Origin: Euglena gracilis
Taxonomy: Eukaryota
Reading direction: 5' to 3'
DNA length: 64,000 nucleotides
Assembly: GCA_039621445.1 (NCBI GenBank)
Contig: CP154954.1
Coordinates: 45,921,847-45,985,846 of the forward strand
The notes beneath the pieces are model-generated. The model was not told the DNA's origin, did not search any database, and worked only from the letters and a program-made list of their open reading frames with translations. Numbering within the stretch: the first letter of the stretch is position 1; the number at the start of each line of letters is the position of its first letter. Positions 1-14,653 of this stretch are shown here, piece by piece. The position numbers and the translations under genes are program-made.

Positions 1-3000
1 CTGGGCGTGACTGGGTCTGGGGCTCTGGATGACCACAGGTGCTGGGTCACCAACCTGGGACTTGCGTCCCTGATCACCATTGCCAATTTTTTTGCCATAT
101 GGGATATGACTGTTGTCGCTTCTGGTCTCAGTTGCCGTTCCATTTTTTGGGTCGAGGTCCATTCTTTGGGCCGGCCTTGCTGCCGGGGCGGGCCGCCCAT
201 GTCGCACATCGAGGCGCTTTTGGCCCGGACTGCCTCCGACCTCAACCACCGGGCGTGGCGGCCGTGCTTCGAGGCCGTCAGCAAAGGTGCCCCTGCCCCC
301 CCCCCCCTCCCAGTCCTCTCTCGCACGGCACCGAAGTGGGCGACCTGGGGGGCACTTTCCCACAATGAAAAAATATTCACTCACTGATTTTTTGAATACC
401 AGTCCCCCACTCTTCTCCCCTGAGGGCCGGTCACTCTGGCCAGGCACCTGGGCAGGCAAAGTTAAGCCCAAAAATATGTCCCTCTTTTTTTGGCGTCTCA
501 AAAATGGATGACCTGAACACCTGCTGTCCTAGGAACAGAATAAGCCCCCCAAGCCCATAATAAAAACAAGCCACCTGGGCCCTTCTCAGGTGCTAACCAC
601 CCCTCATTTTACAGGTGTTAAGCCCCCCATCTGCCCCCCTCAGGTGCCCCCTCTTGATTAGCCCCCCCCCCCCCAGGTGTCATTTACTTGTATCGCTTCA
701 ATATGGGCAATTATTGGATAGCCTCACCCCAGATCTAAATTGTTTGTGCTATCAATTACTTACGACATGTTTGCCACCAGTTTTTTCTGGGGTGTGTGAT
801 TCTAACTCCGGTAAACAGAAATGAGCAAGAGAAGGCACAGAGCAGGCTTCTGTTTTAGCAACTCAGAGCCCCTGGGAGGAGGGGAGGGAGTGAGTTCTGG
901 CGGGGGTTGGGGTGTTAAAAAGAAGCCCAGCGCAGAGCTGGAGCTCTGCCATCCCGTTCTGTCAAGCTCCCGCATGTTGTTTATTCAGATCTTTTTTCAG
1001 ATTTTTTTTTGTATGGCAGAACTTTAATTTATAATGTTGATGCCTGGGGGGGTGGTGAACCTGAGCCCCATGGATATTTGGGGCTTAACCCATTGTCCTG
1101 TGAATTTTTCCTCTGGTTCGGTCAGTTGGTCAAAAAATTTTCGAGCCCAAACCAACTCCCAAAGAGGGTCACCCTAGCTGCCTTCCCTACCCCCCTTGGG
1201 GATTGGCGGTGCTTGCCAAGCCACCTCCACCCAGATACTAAAACACCTTTGACATTCAGTTCAATGCGCACATTCTTTCCGTATAGCTGTGCATTTTTTC
1301 TGCGGCCCCAAATGCCAGAGATTCATCCTACACAATTTTTGGGAAGAAGCCTGCCCTCAATTAGTGTCGCCCCTCAGGCCACATTGAGCCCGTGATGAAC
1401 CTTCTGGCCGACAAATCAGAACGACTGGTGCTTCTCCCTTTGTTTTCATCTTCTCTTCTCTCGTGGCTCTTCATTTCTGAAATTTTTTTTCGAGAGTGTG
1501 TCCAATTGAAACCGTTGGGGTTCATTCATGGGTGTCCCTTCATTTGTTACGCGCTTGAACTCCGTTCAGTTCGTTTGCCAGCCAGGTTTCTTTTCAACTC
1601 GAAAGGCCCTGCAGGTATCGTCCTTTCGGGTGTCTCTCACTTGACTGTCTGCCACCTTCCCACTTGCCAGATCGTTGGCATTGGTTTTGTCTTAGGAAGG
1701 TTCTTCTTCCTCAAAAGGCGCTGCGACTTGCAGGGAGTTGCCTTAATTTGAAGGCACACACTTTGAGATGGCTCCGGTATTTGCAATGAGCCAGGGCAAA
1801 GTCTGGCAAATGCTGGCAGCAGGTTTCTTTCTTTTTAAGGTCCGGGGGGGGGGGCTCCACCCAGCCCGGCGTGGGACCCCGTGGGAGGGACCCCCCAAAT
1901 TGGGCCGTCTCAGGGCATTTCCCAAAAGAAAATTGCCAAAGCCCACACCCGGGCCCCTGGCCCAGGACGCTCCCCATGGATTTTCGAAAGCTGAATCATC
2001 AGAACGGAGGTCAGGTTTGGGAGGTTGCCCCCTCCCCACACAACCTGTCCTTGATCGGAAGTGGGGGCAGACCAATTGCAAGCCCGGACGGAGGCACGCG
2101 CAGTGGCGCCTCCCCGCCCCCCCCCCCTCCGCTGGCCGGCAGGTCACCACAGAGATGGTCCAGCCGGGGCCGGACGGCGATCTCTGCAGTCTGCTGGTGC
2201 ACGCCGCGAGGGAGCAACAGCCCATCATGGTGAAGTACCTCATGGGTGTGGGTGGCTTCTGCCCTTTCAAAGTGGGGTGTAGGTCTCTCTGTGCCCACCA
2301 AATTTTCCGGCTGGAAAGTTGCATATTTGAATGAGCCAAAGCCGTCAAATGAGCCAAAGCAGCAGCAACTGCAAAATTACAATTTATGTCGTGTTGTCAT
2401 TCAAAAACATTTGTCAGTGGACATCAGGTGTGGCCAGAATGGCAAATGTTTCATTTGCCTCCCCAAATATGAGCTCTCAGGGGTTCTAACCGGCATGGTG
2501 ATTGTTCCTTCACAAATTTTTGTCACTAAAAGGATACACCCCGGTGGCTCTGAACACAAGAGGTATAAAACAGCAAAACAGTCCCCTGTTCTCCTGTCCC
2601 TGTTTTGGCCAAGAGGCGTTTGCAATTCCGCCCTCTATAAGATCCCCGAATTCAAGCATTCCTTGTGGCCAAACCCAAACCCGAATTTTGAAACCATAAA
2701 AGAAATTGCGAGAAAAACGTCACGTCAAATTAACCATCAACAAGCGAGAGTAGTATGCGTATGTGTGTGCATCTGCGTCGTCACGCATTTTCAAAAGCTA
2801 TGGCCAGACTGAATTACGAATTTTAATCAACCCTGGGGTAAAATAATTTAACCCAAACGGAAGCAACCACTGCTGAAATTGGGGGGGGGTAACCCCATTG
2901 AATGAACCCCCTCTTTAATTCTGGGATTGGGAGATTCTTTGGGATGGGTGCTGAGGTATGTCATCTTTCTTTCGTTGTGTTCTTTTCTATTTTCTGCCAG

Positions 3001-3830
3001 AGAATTACGTCTGGCCCTATGAAGAATGCCAACGAGCGCTGCTGGTGGCATGTGAGGCTGAGCCCATCTGTATGTGCTGCGAGTGCGATGGCCATTTTTC
3101 TGTGCAACTTTTTTTATCTCTATTGACATTTGTTCGCTCACCCACCTCACCCGCCAAAGAAGACTCCACTGGACCGCCCCAATATCTGTGTCTATGTGTT
3201 TGTGCTTATTGCATGTTTTGAGTACGTGTTTGTCTGTGTGAAGCAAGCAAGCGTAGGCAACCGTTCATATTCATGGGCTCTAAAATAGGACGGTCTATCT
3301 CAATTAAGTTGTGTGATTTGAATAAAAAATCTGATTGATTGATTGATAGATTCTGGTTGGCTCAAAGAATTGACAGCCGAGTTTGGATTATGAGGAACCA
3401 GAATCATTTCGCACAAGCATGGCGGAAGGCGACAAGATGATCGGGCATCAAATGCACAGCACACAAACGTGTTGCAGACTGAGCCCGCGAAGGTGTGCTG
3501 TGAAAGAAGCCATTCCGTCCGCCACCAGAACCACCGCTTTTGCAACCCTGTGAGCCACTGACACTCAATCAGGATGAGATTCGGGCTCACTCGGGATTCC
3601 TTCACTACAGGGGTAAGGGGATTTGGGCTCAACAGAAAACCTGGTATTGTCAACCCCCCAACCAGGAGGGGGGTGGTTGGTGTCCCTCTCACCCCTCCCA
3701 CTGGTGGACTTGTCCTTTGGAATACTGCCAAAACTTCGTTGATTCATAGCCGACGGAAATGCGACGGCTTCTGCCCCCAAAGACGTTCATTTGTTGAAAG
3801 TTGCATGAAGTCGGGGTCAGAAGGGAAGCC

Positions 3831-4122
3831 CAGGGTTTGATATAAGGAGGGCGTACATGGTTTAGGTGGGGGGGGTACCCGGGACCCCCCCCAAAAAAGG
3901 GTCAATTTTTTCCTCCGGCGCTTCGCACCGAAAAATTTTCTGCATTTTTGGCAATATTTTGCCCAAAAAGTGCCCAAAATGGCACTTTTTGGTCGTTTTG
4001 GGGGGTCAGAAATTTTCGCACCACTGTTTAGGTGGGGGGGGGTGGTCCGGACCCCCCTCCTGGCCCGCAGGGGGGGGGGGGGGTCCGGACCACCCCCCCC
4101 ACCTGTCCTTATATCAAACCTG
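3831..4122. mobile_element. hAT-like MITE
   Basis: TIRs CAGGGTTTGATATAAGG / CCTTATATCAAACCTG, with 8-bp TSD GGGAAGCC at 3823-3830 and 4123-4130. Confidence 0.85.
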
Positions 4123-5709
4123 GGGAAGCCCATAGCCGCGGCCATGAGCACACCAAAGGCTTCAGTGCACGGGAGCGGGACCCCAGTCAAATCTTCCCAA
4201 GGTTGGCCAATCCGTCGGCAGCAGTTACTCTACCGCATTGACGCCTTCAGCTTTTTTTTTGATTTCCTCGTTTGATTGTATTACTCACCGTTTCACTTTG
4301 AAAGATTGCAGTTTGAGGACCTCAATGTGTGTGTGAAAGGGGACAGAGAAAGGCTGGTTGGACGGCCCTGTAGCACACCTTCGCGGCGATTAGTGTGCAA
4401 ACAGGTTTGTGTGTTTCGATGCCCGGCCGACTTGCTGCCTTCTTCGTTGACGGGTGGTGGGCGCTACCGAGTGGTCTCCACAGCCCTGGCTCATCTTTCA
4501 CAATTGCCCTTTGTTCATACTCCAACCTCCACCACTTCGGTTTTTTTTCAAATTTGGGACCCTGGAGCTTCCACAATGCCAACTCCCCCCAATTAATTTT
4601 GTACCCTGCAAAGTTAATTGGGCAGATCACTTTGGGAGCACCCAAGGCAATTTATGAATCGATTAAAATCAATTCGGTGTCATATGCTATTTAAATTGAC
4701 TCCATTTGTCAGACAGCAACCACCACCCCTCCGTCACCCCAGTGGCCACATTTGTGAGGCTGGCGGCGTACCCTTCCCTGGAGACACTGTACGCTGCCAT
4801 CGCCCTCCCGGACTTTTCCTTCGGGGAACAAGGATGAGTTGCCAGTCCTGCAGAAGTTGCAGTATAGTTTTTATTTTGGTACCTTGCCCGACAATTGATG
4901 GGTTGCAAGTCACCTTGAGCTGCGCTTCTGGATTTTCCTAGTCTTTTCTGGGTTTGTCCAGAAGTGAAGAAGGGATTAAAGATTTTTAAGTTTGGGCGTT
5001 TGTGTACGTTTTTGATTTGGGGGTTATCGACCCAGGGTTTTTTTTTAAAAAAATCCGTCTGAAGTCACCATGGTTGCAGGAGCGGACAATTATTTGCAAC
5101 CGAACCCCTGGATGGTTTCTGTCCATCCAACTCTTCCATAGTCCCCTAACTCAAACCTTCATCCACTGTGGGTTGTTTCCAATAAAATTGCACTGCAGAG
5201 TGATGGGTCTTCCACTGCAGAGAGTTTGACCTCGTTCACTCTCCAACCTGCCTTTGTCTGTGGCAGCAGGGGTCGCTGTGGTGCTTGGCAATAGACATTA
5301 TTTGCAATATGGCGAATGCTCAAACACTTGCACCTCCCAGTTGACACAATATGGAAGCTCAGCAAAATACGTGCTGCATTGAAAGCCAAGGATGCCTTCC
5401 ATTGGGCATTGTTATCAGATGCGGGCTCTGGTGGTGAGGGAACAGTGGTTGTCCGCCGCTGCTGTCGGTGGATTAGGAAATAGCTAATTGTGCAGTGACA
5501 CAGTGGGGCGTTAACCCAACGCCTTCTGAGCCATGCTCTGCTTGGAGGGTGGCTTCCAGCCACAGCCTCCTGGCCGCTCAGCAAAAGGAAAAGCAGCCCG
5601 TGGTCGACGGCCTGTCCAACGCAACGGCTTTGGAGAGCACCCTGACAACCACGCCCACCACGTCCAGTTGCTGCAAGTGATGACCCATGACGGCGTGTAC
5701 AGCCCCCAG

Positions 5710-6030
<321 letters not shown>

Positions 6031-6714
6031 GCTCATGGTGGGTGGCAGAATGGGCACGTGCGATCGTCAAGCCGTAGGATTTTAGCTTGCAGAAGCCTCC
6101 GTTGCCCTCACCGCCCTCTTCTTAACCTCACGGTCGCAAAGGCCTCCCATCGCTCTCTGAATGGATTTGCGTCGCATCAACACCAAGCGCGAGGAGGTGT
6201 GGTCTGACCCTCCCCATTACCAGGACCTCCTGCACGTTGTCGTTCTGGCTGACCAACTGGAGGCGGTGGTGCACCTGCTGGAGGCCGGGGTCACCCCAAC
6301 CCGCAAGGTGAACGGGTGGGGGGGGGGGGCATATGCCGTGGGGTCAGGTTGGGCGGCCTGTCCACTTAAAAGCACCACAGGTGAAGCTTTCTGTGAGCGG
6401 AATGAGGTTTCAGTGCAACCAAGGCAAGGGCAGGATTGCGATGTCCTTTATTGGCCCGCAGGCGTTCTGGATCATGGGCTACAACATTGCCCGCTTCCAT
6501 GACGACCCGGCCAGGGCGGAGGGGTTGCCACTGGAGACCCTTCGGGTGCATGACCCTCTGCGCAAGGTGTGTGCATATCACATGATATAAAAGAGATGAA
6601 AATGAAATATCATCTCATATCATCTGGTTCTCTGAAAATGTTCTAATTTTCTGGCACCCAGAAATGCACATGCATGCCAGGAGTACTGGAGTCTGCGCCT
6701 GCCTGCCTGCCCGC

Positions 6715-6825
6715 CTGTCTGTGTGTGTGCATTTGTTTGTGTGTTTGTGTTGTGTGCTGTGTGTCTGTGTGTGTGTGTGTGTGTGCTGTGTGTGCTGTGT
6801 GTGTGTGTGTGTGTGTTGTGTGTTG
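6715..6825 (+). repeat. Imperfect (TG)n microsatellite
   Basis: Direct inspection. Confidence 0.9.
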
Positions 6826-9800
6826 AATGGGTGCTTGCGTGCCGGCGTGTGGTGCCCATGTATGTTTGTGGAATTCCTTGCAAGAACGCCGTGTTATGAC
6901 CTAGTCAACCAAGCTGGAAATAATTTGTGATCTTTGTGTAGAACAAAAGTTTCTGTAAAATGGACCCTGTGTGGTTTGATCCCCTCCAGTTCAGCTTTGG
7001 ATTGATACAACCATGTGCTTTTGAATGAAGAAAAGTCATCATCACGATTTTTTATTTCTGTGATGGTTGAGGAGGGAGTTGTCTTTTGCCTTGCGTTTTG
7101 AATGTTTATAAGTTCACATTTGCACATGCACATGCGTGTGCGCAAATGTACGTATATGCACAGCACACACACACACAAGCACACACACATGGGCATAAAC
7201 ACGCATGCACATCCACACTCCCACACCCATATTTGCCCAGGCTCTGGAGCGAACGATGGGGGCGGGGCTGCCGCCATGGGCCCAGGACGTGCTCCGCGAC
7301 GGCCGCCGCTGCGCCGCGGCGTTCGCGGCGGAGCTGCGCGGCGCGGCGCGGGACGGGCCCGCGCGGCGCGTGGCGGACTTCGAGGGCCGGCGGCTGCTGC
7401 CCCCCGCCGACGACGTGGCCGCGGTGATGGGGCCAGGGCCCTCCCTTCACTCACCCTCCCCCCCCCCCCGGGTGGCGTCGTCCGGGAAACCGTGTGTATG
7501 GGGGCTTCAGCTGGGGGATTTCCCACCAAGTGCAAAGGTCGCACCCGGGTTCCCCGCGTTGTTTGGTGTGGGGTGTGCATTTGAAGGAAGGAAGGATTTG
7601 TGGAAAAAAGAGACCCCAAATAGAGACCCCAAAGCACATGTACACACATGAGCGCAGGCAGGCAGGCAGGCAGGCGGGTGGGCGGGTGGTTTGGTAGGCG
7701 GTGCTTGGAGAGAGGGTTCTGTGACCCCAACGATGGCCACGATTATTTCAGGCGGGTCTGCAGCATTTCTCATGTCACAAGCCACCTGCAGTCTGAATGC
7801 TTTTCTGTTTGATTGCTACCGATGGTTTTTGTCTGTGTTAGCATGCCCTTGCCTGCTGCGTCTTTGGCCAGACAGGTGTCCCTCCTGCACCTCACCCCTG
7901 ATTTTTCTTGTTTGCATTTGTTTCATTTGCTGGACCAAATGGTGTGATTTTAGCCCTGATTTTTGCATTTTTTTCTGCAAATGGTTCATGAGACAATTTA
8001 GTTGAAGTCTTAAGTTTTGCTGCCTTTTTAACCCAGCTAGAAGGCTTAGCCCAGATTTCATTCTAAAAGGTGAGTCCTCGGCAGCTTCAGATGTTAATTC
8101 GAGATCTTATTCTTTCTGTCCCACAGCAACCCAGCGAATCCCAACAAACAAAAAATATTGTTGCATTGTTTACATCATGGCGCAATGTCTGTAATGCACG
8201 GAACATTTTCTTCGCATTTCCTTTTCATTTTCATCTGGCCCCAAGGTTTCTAATTATTTTGTGCAACCTTTGATTTTGGGGGGGGGATTTAATCATTTCC
8301 CACCAATGGTTTAAAATTTTCTGTGCATGAATTCAGATCAAAGACATTCAAGGTTCACAACGCAGGGCATATTATCATTCAGTCACTGGCCAACCCCCCC
8401 AATTTTCAGACCCGTTTCCCCCCCCCCCCCCCCAGGTGGGTCGTCAATAAACTGCCAAAGTGAACTGGCGCCGAAGGTGCAAAAAAAAATTGGTAAATGT
8501 AAATTCTTCCTTCCCAGAAGCCCCCAGGGGTGGTCACACTAGTTTTCCAAAGAAACAGTGGCGGAATGGTTTTGAGAAGAGTGGACATGACCCCAAGGTT
8601 TTTTTTTTCCACAGTGGTCAAGATTCGTTGATTTCGAGACTATTTTTCCCAGTGACCCGGGCCTGCGGCCCCGAGAACTGACCGGACCAGACCAGCCCCC
8701 CCAGGAGGGGTGGGCCCGGGGACCCGGCCCGGGAAAAATGGGTTTATTTTCTCATACCACAGCCTTCTTTTAACTTGGAAGACCCGGGGGGTCTTCCAAG
8801 TTAAAAGAAGCCTGGTACGAGATAATTAGCCCATTTTCCTTGGGAAATGAAGACGTTTTTTCAGTGATCGAAGTGACGCCCAGGGGGAGGGGTCGACAGC
8901 AACTCCGAATTGAGATGTATTTGGGCAACTCCAGGGATGCACGAGAAGTTTTTCGGTTTTGAGGTCAGTGGTCCTGATCACCCCTCATTCCTGGGGTCAA
9001 GGTGGGCAGTGGAGCGGAATGCGAACCCTCTCCCAGATGTTATTAGGTTTGTCGGGCCCACCCGCCCCTCCTAAGAAGAAAGCTAAAGCCATGAAATATT
9101 CTCTTCCGCTGTTGAGCGTCAGAGATGGGTGGGGAAAATCGCAATTTTTTTCAGGTTTTTCACATCACCTTCAAATTTCGCTTATTTGCTCATTGCATAT
9201 TCTGTGGCAATTAAACTTATTTTTTGTGAATTTTCAATGTTTTATCTTTTTTTGTCTTTTCTTGGAACTGATTTCTTTTTTCCTATTATATTATATGTAC
9301 ATATATGCATATTTTGCTTTTTCTCAGTTGTTCATGAGCTCCCACGGGATTTTTCTCTACAGAAAAACGGAATCTGGGTGATTTTTTGCAAAGAATTTTT
9401 CGAAAAAGACGGTTGTTTTTCATACAATGTGTTTACAAAAATGGAAATTTGAAATATATATATATATAATGTATCTCTCTGTGTTGTTCTTTTTCTCCAA
9501 AAGGAGTGAGACAGAGAGGTTTTTTTTTTGGAAAAGAAGTGCTTTTTTGAAAACATTTCTTCGCCATATTTGGCAGAAACCATGTGAATAAAATGCACAT
9601 TATTTTTTGTCCAAAAGTTTTTGGAATTAAATGTAAAACCTATTTCTCCAAAATCTTTTTTTCAGTTTCCCAGTTTTTTATTTCCTTGTTTTCTTGTCGA
9701 CATTTGAAAGCAGTTATGGAAATCAAATGCATCCATAATTTTCGTCAGCCCCATTTTTGAAAGAGCGATAAGAAGTAAGAGGAGCAGGAATGAAAGGAAT

Positions 9801-11509
9801 TTTTTGTTTTAATATTATATTCCTTTTATTGAATGTATTTTAAGGAGAAATAGATGTCAATTATTTTTTGCTACAATTCTACAGCAAACAGTGTGGGGAA
9901 AAGGGCAGGTGAATTTGTGTAATTGTATCTTTTTTGGTGACCAACAGTTTTGGTATTCTTTCCAAACTGAATTGCCGCTGGGTTTCTTGTTTGTGTTTTT
10001 AGTATCATCGTGTTTCCCTGGAGAAAAATGGGGGAAAAAAGTGCATAATATAGCAGTTTTCAGTAATTTCTCAAGAAAATAGGGTTCTTCTAACAAATTC
10101 TCGCATTTATTTTCAGTTTCGGCTGGCTCTTAAACCAGATGAAAAAATTGGCCTTGTCAGTTTTGGGGGGGGGGTCAAAAAGGGGCCTCCAATTCCCCCA
10201 CCCCCTTTGTGCTTTTGCGTTGGGAGGGGGTTCAAACCCCCCCTCTGGTTTCCCTTATTATCCCTGACCCCCCACAAAAGTTCTGTTCATGTCAGCAGGC
10301 TCTATTTATTCTGATCTTTCTAAATTCCTCAGGGCAAGGAATCCTTTAATCCGGAACCCGGGGGGTCCAGTAGCTTTTTTTCCCCCAGCCAACACCTTCC
10401 AACTGGGCTGTGGACCCCCCGGCGAGCCTTTCCACCCCGGCGAGTCTGGTTTTTCCAGCCCGGCGAAGCCAGGCTGGACTGGCAAACAGGGGTTTTCTTC
10501 AGCCGGAGGGTACCCCATCCCCCCGGGGGGGGGGGGGGTCCAGCCAACCAGCAGCTCAAATCCAGCCAGCAGCCCAAATTCGGGCTGGGGGCTCCCAAGT
10601 GAAATAAAGTTGGGTCCAGCCCGGCCAGAGGCTGGGCCAGCCGGCTGCAGGCCGGCCCAGCCGGCCAAAGGCCGGCCAGCCAATTGGGCCACCTATCCCT
10701 TCATTTTTTCCCCTCATCACAGCTTCCTCCATCACAGACCTAGCTACATCCATCAAAATGTCGAAAATACAAAAATGTTTTAGAAAATTTTGTTTTTCAT
10801 CGACCCAGCCCAGCCCCCTCCAGCCCCGGACCCCCCCTCCCCCCCTATCCCCCAGGGGGTGGGTCCAGCCAGCAGTTCATTTCCAGCCAGCAGCCTTTTT
10901 GCCAGCCGGAGGCTGGACCCCCCCGGGGGGTCCTTAAGAAAACCCCTGCTGACAAAATTTCGGCCCAAAGCAAAAAAGGTTTGCCCAGCCCAGTATTTGG
11001 TCGGACCAGACGCCCCACCCCTAGTGGGGAGGAGGTCCAGCCAGCAACTGGCTGGACACCCCCCCCTTTGAATGGAACGACACTTCTAGCCATATGGGCT
11101 CCCTTGCCCTTAATCATTGCTGCTTTTCCAACCGCCACCCCCTCAGTTGGACAGGCCCCCCTCCGGAAAGAAAGCATGTGACGACGACACAAAAGAGCGT
11201 TCAAGCTGTGTTTGTTTCTGAAAAATTCGCGCAGGGATCCATTTATGCCACCGAGCAGGGAGTTTCTCAAGAACCCCTGCCTGCCATACTGTTTGGGAGG
11301 GGTTCAAAAAAATCGGTGATATTATATTTGAAGGATTTCTGTCATCTTCCCTAATGTGATTATCGTTGAAATGTCCGCATGCCAACGGCAGTGCTAAAAA
11401 TGCACCTGTGAACCACCGGTTTTTGCAAACTTTCACCTGTTTCCAAACATGTGCCTCTATGTTTTTTCCTTAGTGTGGGCCCCCTCAAGAGTTTATCTTT
11501 CGCCCACAG

Positions 11510-11946
11510 GTGCCCTGCAAACCTAAAGCTGCGCACCTCACAAATGGACATCTTCTGCTGCCCCTTGCTGGCCGCCGAGACCGTCCGGGAGGCAAGACTG
11601 CAGGCGGTGGTGGCGGCGGCGGCCACCAATGTGCACAGCGGGCAGCCAGTCACTACGAAAGCCGAGGCGACGAAGGACCTGACATCGGTCGAGAGAAATC
11701 ACACGTTGCAGGGGTGGTCGGCCTCGGTGTTCGGCAGCACGTCTGAGGTGGTTTACGACCTGCATCGGCGGGGCCTGCCGGAGCAGAGAATCGCTTCATT
11801 ACTGCCGGGCCTGCACCCAAGGCTTGTCAAGAACTGTTTCGCCCGGCTGGGCGCTGGAAAGAAGGTTCAAAAGCCTGTGGCGTCCGCACGCTCCCGGGCA
11901 TTCGCCTTGGGCCTCTTCAGCCAGTACTGGGCCCGCTGGATGGACG
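11510..11946 (+). CDS. Probable exon of unknown protein (HTH-like VYDLHRRGLPEQRIASLLPGL)
   Basis: GC3-rich open frame bounded by a CAG acceptor (to 11509) and a GTGAG donor (11947). May belong to the same gene as the Myb segment. Confidence 0.4.
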
Positions 11947-12929
11947 GTGAGCTGCAGCGCGACCAGTGCTTTCTGCAGAATCAAAATGTCTTGATTGGAA
12001 CCTCCTGCCACTCCTGCCTATGGGAAAATACAACGTGTTCAGGTTATGGCTAGTATTTGGTCAGAAGTCAGGCCGAAGTCGGGCCGGAATTTCGGCCTAA
12101 CTTAGTCCTAAATCACCATAAACAATCGTGACCTTGCCCCATTCTTAACGCTGACCCTAACCCCAACCAGGGCGGTCCATAAGGGACGGATTTTTTGTTT
12201 AAGGACCGCCGTGTTAGGACCGCCCTTGGGCATAAGAGCCGGTCGATGGTCCAGGGCTCGAATGGGGGCAAATATTAAAAGGCTGAAAAACGCGTTCATT
12301 GACGCTTTGGGTGGATGAGCGATGGTCCAAGGATACCAGAAATCATTTTTTCCCCTCGAAGTCTACCCATTTTATCCAAAACATGACCAGTTTTCCAGTG
12401 GATTTTTCATTGAATGTGCTGGGATGGGAATGGTCTCATGATTAAACTAAGTTAAGGACCGCCCTAACCTACCCCGATTCTAAACCTAATCAAATAACTG
12501 CCCCTCCCACGCCCCAAGGTGGCTTGGGGAACCAAGGGAAATGCAATAAAACTCAGTCGGCCGAAGGTCCTGTTGGACAAACCAGTTGGACCTGGGAAGC
12601 TCCAATTAAACCCCACCCCCCACTTATTAACCCCCCACTTACAAACCCCCCCACTTACCAGGTTTTGAATAGTTCTGAGCTCTTAACGGGACTTGCATGT
12701 AATGGAAGGCCGAAAAGACCATCATTGCAAATTTTGTGTAAGTTGTAAATTGTAAATTACGCGAATTTACAGTCTTGCAATTTACAATGACTTTCAGTGA
12801 TTTTACGGGAATTTCTGAAATGTTAATGAAATGTTAACCTCCCCATACACCCCACGCCCATTTTATTGGTTTTTTTCCCGGCTTTTGACCCATTTTCGAC
12901 CTGAACTCTACAGGTTTTGGGCAAATACT

Positions 12930-13360
12930 GGGCGCTGGGGGGGTCGAAGAACGCTTATTTTCGGCGCAAAAACAGTTTTTTCCGCATCCGTGAGGCCAAA
13001 AAACATGGCTTTGGGCAAAATTTTTTGATTTTTTCGACTTTTTTTTGACCCGGTTTTGGCCCGAAGTCAATGGGTTGGCGGCCCGAAACGGGGGGCTAGC
13101 CGGTCGAAAAACGGTCATTTTTGGCTCAAAAACAGTTTTTCCGGGTCTGGGAGGCCAAAAATCATCGTTTTGGGCAAAAAAAATTTCGATTTTTTTTGAC
13201 CTGAAAATCACCCTAAGCCCATTGGTTTTGGGCCAAAAACGGGGGTCTGGGGGGGGGGGTCGAAAAACGCTCATTTTCGGCTCAAAAACATTTTTTGGGG
13301 GTCCGGGAGGCCAAAAAAAACCGTGCTTCTGGGCAAAAAAAAATTCGAGAAATTTTGAGA
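12930..13360 (+). repeat. Diverged tandem repeat, ~158-bp unit x ~3
   Basis: GGTCGAA(A/G)AACG..ATTTT(C/T)GGC.CAAAAACA..GAGGCCAAAAA..TGGGCAAAA recurs at about 12942, 13102 and 13258. Confidence 0.75.
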
Positions 13361-14223
13361 ACATTCATTCTTTGACCCCTCCCCCCCCGAAAACGGCCAA
13401 GTCGGCCAGTGGGAAAAGTGTACAGAACGGCCATGTTGGCCGAAAAACGACCGTATCTCGGGCTGGGCGGGGAGTTGTGGGGATGTCAAAATACCGGTAG
13501 ATGGGGCATTCCAAGGGCTTCAATTTAGGTCTCCGGATACTTCTTTTGGTTTTGCATCATTTTCGAGATATTTTGAAAATTGATTTTTTTTGGCCCAAAA
13601 TGGCAGAGTCCAAAGGGGGGGCTTAAAAAGGGGGGCGGGCCAATCCTACCCATTTCAGACCCCTTTGCACGTGAACACCTCAGGCCTGTTGGGGAGTTGG
13701 GCATCAAATCCAGGTGATTCGGAAACTAGGAAGCCAGTCGCTCGTGACTGAAAAAAAATTCCGGGAAAAAGGCCGGGATCAAGTGATAATCCGTCGGTTC
13801 TCCTGGTGGCCCGACACGGGGGGGGGGGTCGAGGGGGGTTTTCGCCAGGGGGAAGCTTCGCTCTACCCATAAAGGGATAAGAGCTCAGCGATAACCCCCC
13901 CCCCGGGCCGACCAACCAAACTGGATCTTATAACCCCCCCGGGGAAGAAAAATGGAAATCGCCGGGAACGATTTTTTTCGGTCGCCCAAAAACTGATTTT
14001 TGGCTATTTTTTGAGACCGATCATCATCAAAAATGTCATTTTTGACTAAATTTGCCGAAAACTGACAATTTGGGGGTGTTTCGGGGTCATTTTGGGGGGT
14101 CGGATTTTCATCAACAATTCCAGATCCCATAACCCCCCCCCCCACCTTTAAACCCCCCCGCCCCCTTCGGCCGACCAATCGACCCGGATCTTATGAACCC
14201 CGGGGGTTTATAAGTGGGGGGTT

Positions 14224-14653
14224 TAACCCCCCCCCCAAATATAAGGCACCGGTGTCTCATATTTTGGTGTCAACCAATTTCGCCAAAGGGTGTCTTATAT
14301 TTGGGTTTCAGGTGGGTGACTGAGGGGTGTGTTATATTTGGACATTTTTCCAGCAAGTATGTTGTTGTGCTAATGTCCTCGTACCTTCACATATATTTGT
14401 ACATACATGTATACATACATTGTCTGAACGGCATTCATCACCACTTGCCGATTGGTCGCTTTCTTGTTGTTCAGTTGCTTCTGACCAAGCACCTGTGATG
14501 GATTCCAAATTTTAGTCCGCGGTCGGACTTGCTGCTCCACACTCACTGTGGAAAGCCTTTCATTAGGGGGGGTGTCTTACATTTGGAGAAGTAGGTGCCA
14601 GCCCAGGGGTGTCTTATATATGGGGGGGGGTGTCTTATATTTGGGGGGGGGTT
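14224..14653. mobile_element. MITE-like element with GTGTCTTATATTTGG subterminal repeats
   Basis: TAAC(10)AAATATAAGGCACC on the left mirrors GGTGTCTTATATTTG(n)TTA on the right. Several internal copies of GTGTCTTATATTTGG. Confidence 0.55.
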
